In this document: piece after piece, positions 32,986-36,763 of the stretch
How the letters are laid out: each line of letters opens with the position of its first letter
Position numbering within the stretch: position 1 is the first letter of the stretch
Origin: Nitrospirota bacterium
GTDB taxonomy: Bacteria > JACPQY01
DNA: 36,763 nt
Direction of reading: 5' to 3'
Assembly (NCBI GenBank): GCA_016180645.1
Contig: JACPAV010000032.1
Span: forward strand, 1 to 36,763
The notes under the pieces: generated by a model
What the model was told of the DNA's origin: nothing
Database searches by the model: none
Seen by the model: the letters and a program-made list of their open reading frames with translations, nothing else
Translations under genes and position numbers: made by a program

Positions 32986-34824
32986 CTAGAACGTCAGGCC
33001 CAGCATCAGGGAAAGAATCCAGCGGTTGTAATCGCGCTGCGTTCCGGTGTCCCGGTTGACGGTGTAGTTGAAGCCACTATCGAGGTACAACCGGCTGGCG
33101 AAGGACTTGTACAGGCCCGTTCCAATCCGGAAGGTTTTTTCGCTGCCCTCTTCCACCGTCGCCACCGATCCCGTCTGCTGATCGGTGCCGCTTTGAGCCG
33201 GAGCCGGCGCGGGGGTGCGGTCCCAAGCCTTGTGATGGTACCCCGTGAATACGCTCCATTGGATGTCCGCCGGGAGCAAGACCCCGAGGCTTAGATCCGA
33301 CCGGAATCCGTTGTAGGCAAACTGGTTGGTTGAATCTTTCACCGGCTCATTCCGATCGTAGCCCAGTTCGATCCGGCTCTGCAGAAGTCCCTGGATGATA
33401 TCGACCGAGAGAAAGGAAAAGGCGCCGGTGTTCACGATGGTGAGGGCCTGCGCGATGCTGGAGTCCGTTCGGACGTAATGGTCATATCGCCCGGGAATGA
33501 CGATGCCCAACGCGGCGCGATCCCCCAGAACGCGGCTCACGCCCGCTGAGCCGTTCACTTCGATGTAGGACGGCGCTTTTCGGAAGAGCAGCACCCCCGC
33601 CCCCGCATGGGCGTCGAACCGGTAGTTCTCGTTGTCGAAGTAGCGAAGGGCTGAACCGTCGAGCATGGCGAAGGTCATGTCGTATTTGCGAATGTCGCTG
33701 TTCTCCCCTTCGAAATGTAGGGTTTGACTCGCCGAAAGATCCGCCGTGAGGCGCGATTCGGGAGTGGGCAGCGTCCACACCGCGCCGTCCAGGGCGAGTT
33801 GGGTTCGAGTCCCGCGGAATCCCTCTTCCAAATTCAGCGGACTGAGGATCACGTTCGAGTCCTCCTGCACACCGAGACCGGTGGTCACCTTCCAATTCTT
33901 CTCCTCCAGGGCCTTCCGCTTCCGCGCCTGTTGCAAGACAACGAGATGCTCCTCCGCCATCTCCTTCATTCTGGGATCGGTGGCATTGTCCCGAACGGAT
34001 TGGAATCGCGCGGTCGCTTCGGCGAAGCCTTCCTGTTTGTACGCCACGAGGCCGAGGTAGTAGTCGATTTCGGCGTCGGTTTGCGGATTCATGCCTTTGG
34101 CGCGGTTCAGATGTTCCTTCGCATGCTCCATATTGCCGGAGAGATACGCGGACACGCCGGCGTAGTAGTAGACCTGCCGCACATTGGGATCCGCCGAGAT
34201 CGCGGCATCAAGATGTGAATGAGCCGATGCGTACTGGCCGGAATAGTAATCGGAGAGGCCTTTCGAATACTCGGTCTCGAAGACCTCGTTGAAACCGCCG
34301 GGCCCGAGCTGCGAGCGCTGCTCTTTGAGGACCAATTGCTTGCCCACACCTTGAACGACTGCGGGGAGACGATCCGTTTGCGTCGGAGAAGTAACCACCG
34401 TGACCGACGATCCACCGGACCGCAAATTCACCATTTTCACGGTGACGGACCACGAGCCCGCGCCACCCGCCACCGTTCCCAGGAACAAGCGATCCGCCGG
34501 GAGGCTCTCCACCATTTGGAAGATGCAGGTCGTGTCATTCTTGCAGCCGTAGATGCGGTTCACATAGTCCGGCCCCGCCGCCTGAGTGAATTGGGCCGGC
34601 GTGACGTAGTTCACGGGTCCGAGTTGCCCGAGGCCATTCACAAACGATGTGGTGGCGAGGTCCGCCACCGCCTGATCCACTCCCTGCCCGCGGAAGTTCA
34701 GGACGGCGATCCGGATGGCGGCCTGAGCCAAGGCGTTGGAAACGCCCGTGAAGAGTGATGAGTAAAGGGTGATGAGAAATAGAATCGCCATCACGCACGC
34801 CCGGGGCTTCACATCCCTCATCAC
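32986..34824 (-). CDS. outer-membrane protein: N-terminal alpha/beta domain + TPRs + C-terminal beta-barrel (Slam/DUF560-like)
   Basis: Signal peptide; IAVLNF...C...C domain; TPRs; barrel starting GLGVQEDSNV and ending LMLGLTF. Confidence 0.75.
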   Translation of the reverse strand: MMRDVKPRACVMAILFLITLYSSLFTGVSNALAQAAIRIAVLNFRGQGVDQAVADLATTSFVNGLGQLGPVNYVTPAQFTQAAGPDYVNRIYGCKNDTTCIFQMVESLPADRLFLGTVAGGAGSWSVTVKMVNLRSGGSSVTVVTSPTQTDRLPAVVQGVGKQLVLKEQRSQLGPGGFNEVFETEYSKGLSDYYSGQYASAHSHLDAAISADPNVRQVYYYAGVSAYLSGNMEHAKEHLNRAKGMNPQTDAEIDYYLGLVAYKQEGFAEATARFQSVRDNATDPRMKEMAEEHLVVLQQARKRKALEEKNWKVTTGLGVQEDSNVILSPLNLEEGFRGTRTQLALDGAVWTLPTPESRLTADLSASQTLHFEGENSDIRKYDMTFAMLDGSALRYFDNENYRFDAHAGAGVLLFRKAPSYIEVNGSAGVSRVLGDRAALGIVIPGRYDHYVRTDSSIAQALTIVNTGAFSFLSVDIIQGLLQSRIELGYDRNEPVKDSTNQFAYNGFRSDLSLGVLLPADIQWSVFTGYHHKAWDRTPAPAPAQSGTDQQTGSVATVEEGSEKTFRIGTGLYKSFASRLYLDSGFNYTVNRDTGTQRDYNRWILSLMLGLTF

Positions 34825-35669
34825 ACTTCACTCTTTACCTTTTTGAGGATCCATTGGCCCACGGTGTCAAAAGCTTCCGGCCGTCCAATCTCATGAAAAG
34901 GCTCGTGCTTGAACTCCGGCCAGGAATTGAGGGTCTTATCCGAGTGCCCGACGTTGGCGAAGAAGGCCTTCGCGGCGTCCACGCTCACAATTCGATCGCT
35001 CTCTCCCAGAATCATGAGGAGGGGAAATTTCCAGCCGGCGCCGTCCGCCTGCACCCGATCCATGGCGGCAACCATCTCGGTAAACAGCCGGGTGCTGATC
35101 CGCCGGTGGACGAGCGGATCATCCACGTACGCCCTCACCTCCGCCTCGTCCCGCGAAAGGAGCTTCGGATCCAACTCATTGTCCATCGTCAGGTCCGGCA
35201 TCAGCTTTGAAAGGCCGCGGCCGACGGCCGCTTTCAGGGCCGGAACTTTGACGGCAATCCCCAGCGCCGGCGAGGAGAGAATGACGCCGCGCGGCGAATG
35301 CGATCCGGTCTGGAACAAAGACCAGTGGGAGACGATCAACCCTCCCAGGCTGTGGCCCAGCACGAAAAGTGGGATACCCTTGATCCACTTGGGAATGAAT
35401 TCGAGAAACGCGTTTATGTCTTCTCCGTAAGTTCTAAGTGAATCGACACAACCACGCCTGCCTTCGGTACGGCCATGCCCGCGCAGGTCCATGGCAAAGA
35501 CCTCGATATTGGATCGGACCATCGCGTGGGCAAACTCTTTGTAGCGGCCGGAGTGCTCCCCCAATCCATGGACCACCACGAGCGCGCAGCACGGTTTTTC
35601 GGACCTGAACCTGCGGTAGAAGATCCGCGTCTTGTCCTTGGCGAGGAAATGCTCCGAAAATTCCGTCAC
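34821..35669 (-). CDS. lysophospholipase/monoacylglycerol lipase-like alpha/beta hydrolase
   Basis: VHGLGEHSGRY, DLRGHG, GHSLGG, SRD...Y..DPL, HE. Confidence 0.92.
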   Translation of the reverse strand: MTEFSEHFLAKDKTRIFYRRFRSEKPCCALVVVHGLGEHSGRYKEFAHAMVRSNIEVFAMDLRGHGRTEGRRGCVDSLRTYGEDINAFLEFIPKWIKGIPLFVLGHSLGGLIVSHWSLFQTGSHSPRGVILSSPALGIAVKVPALKAAVGRGLSKLMPDLTMDNELDPKLLSRDEAEVRAYVDDPLVHRRISTRLFTEMVAAMDRVQADGAGWKFPLLMILGESDRIVSVDAAKAFFANVGHSDKTLNSWPEFKHEPFHEIGRPEAFDTVGQWILKKVKSEV

Positions 35670-35675
35670 GTTGAA

Positions 35676-36686
35676 CTACTGCTCCCGCCAGTACAGGAAT
35701 TCCATCTCACTCCGGCCTGATTTGGACCGGTTGATCACGGCGGTCACCACCACGGTGGTTTCGCTCCCCTCCGCGCCCACGCGCCCGATCGATGTGACCG
35801 AAAAGACATCGCTCTTCACGGTCATGTACTGGGCCGGCAGGGTCCCCTGGAAGATTCCGGTGAATTGGGTGGCGTCGATGCGATCGAATGGCTTCTCCTC
35901 CCGCCGTCGGATGATCTCTTCGGCCGCCCGTTCAAACTCCGGCGCAAGGCAGGCCAGAACTTCCCGCTTGACCGTGTTCACGTTCACTTTGGAAAACCGC
36001 GGGGGCTGCGGGGCGGCAGGATTCGTCTCCCCCTGTCTCGGTGGGGGCGCCTGCCAGCGCGGATAGACGGTCAGGAACGGGCGCAATTTCTCCAGGTTGC
36101 TCCAGCCGATCCCTTCGACAAGCCCCAATTCGGAAACCGTCTCGAACGGCGCGTCCGATCGCAGAATGGGTGGAATCCTCGCGGAATAGTAGTCTTCATC
36201 GAAATTGTCCCCCTTTTCGGAGGAGGTCGACCACTCCTTGATCCAACGGTAGGCGTTCTTCACGTCCAATTCGACTTTCACTTCCTTAGCAAGACAGGCC
36301 AGCTGCTCCTCGCTCATCTCCTGAGCATTCAGTTTGCTCATTTCGTCCTCCACGAAGGCTTGGACGCGACCCTCTCCCAACGGCAGTTCATTGGCCGGCG
36401 GCTGGAGATTCCACGGCTCCCCCAAATAGTCCACATCTTTCTTGCTGACCGTGCTCGGAAGGAGCCCCTCCGCGTCGGCTTTGAGGAGCGCTCCGACGGT
36501 ATGGACGCCGGAGTGGGCCAGGGCGCGCGCCTTCACGGTGTCGCGGAGGGAGGTTGTGATGAGGTAATGGGATTGTCCCGTTTCCGCGACTTCGACGGAC
36601 ATGATGGTCAGCATCGTAATCAGGACCATGACCATTAGCAAGGCAATCCCGTTCTTGGAGCCTAGGATCGTCCGGAACCGCATCAC
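35676..36686 (-). CDS. gspK: type II secretion minor pseudopilin GspK
   Basis: Prepilin site KNG|IALLMV, DYLGEPW, DEMSKLN, FETVSEL..V.G, VNVNT, YWRE. Confidence 0.9.
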   Translation of the reverse strand: MMRFRTILGSKNGIALLMVMVLITMLTIMSVEVAETGQSHYLITTSLRDTVKARALAHSGVHTVGALLKADAEGLLPSTVSKKDVDYLGEPWNLQPPANELPLGEGRVQAFVEDEMSKLNAQEMSEEQLACLAKEVKVELDVKNAYRWIKEWSTSSEKGDNFDEDYYSARIPPILRSDAPFETVSELGLVEGIGWSNLEKLRPFLTVYPRWQAPPPRQGETNPAAPQPPRFSKVNVNTVKREVLACLAPEFERAAEEIIRRREEKPFDRIDATQFTGIFQGTLPAQYMTVKSDVFSVTSIGRVGAEGSETTVVVTAVINRSKSGRSEMEFLYWREQ

Positions 36687-36763
36687 GATCCCTTCAGCAC
36701 TTTCACCTGGGCGAGCGGTAGAAACACCTTCGTGGTGTGGACCTGCACTTCGCCCGCCGGGCT
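36683..36763 (-). CDS. 3' end of the upstream gene, probably gspJ (partial)
   Basis: Open frame SPAGEVQVHTTKVFLPLAQVKVLKGS* whose stop overlaps the gspK start; identity is inferred from position only. Confidence 0.5.
   Translation of the reverse strand, partial: SPAGEVQVHTTKVFLPLAQVKVLKGS

Noticed and set aside
1-36763. CRISPR array, rRNA, retron/DGR or toxin-antitoxin cassette
   Set aside because: No regularly spaced repeats, reverse transcriptase, cas or recognisable TA genes seen by eye.

Overview
GC-rich, gene-dense chromosomal segment from a diderm bacterium. Gene content (HDOD/CheD, GspK, a CTERM-tailed M6 protease, AmrS) suggests a Deltaproteobacteria/Myxococcota-like lineage, which is an inference. 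Left to right: the 5' part of a PAS sensor gene; a DnaQ-like exonuclease-WYL fusion; a hypothetical gene; a minus-strand cheD-HDOD-TPR-oppABC run; an orphan amrS; cpoB-LysM-dprA; tRNA-His; a RAYT-like HUH transposase inside perfect 23-bp inverted repeats; an amidohydrolase; an internally deleted beta-carbonic-anhydrase remnant; a secreted cytochrome c/Vgb-propeller protein; M6 protease + GT-C-like membrane protein + HprK-like kinase; a candidate glycolipid-scavenging locus (two endoglycoceramidase-like GH5 lipoproteins, a beta-barrel, a truncated GH95, a hydrolase, an SSS symporter); and the end of a T2SS operon (gspJ-gspK-lysophospholipase-TPR/beta-barrel). Signals outside the ORF track include two GTAG-REP doublets with compensatory changes, many sigma70 promoters 6-8 nt before start codons (leaderless-like), a CheD lacking its catalytic Cys, and a palindrome in the exonuclease-WYL promoter. 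No CRISPR array, rRNA or integrase was seen. All family calls come from motifs recognised by eye; no database search was run.
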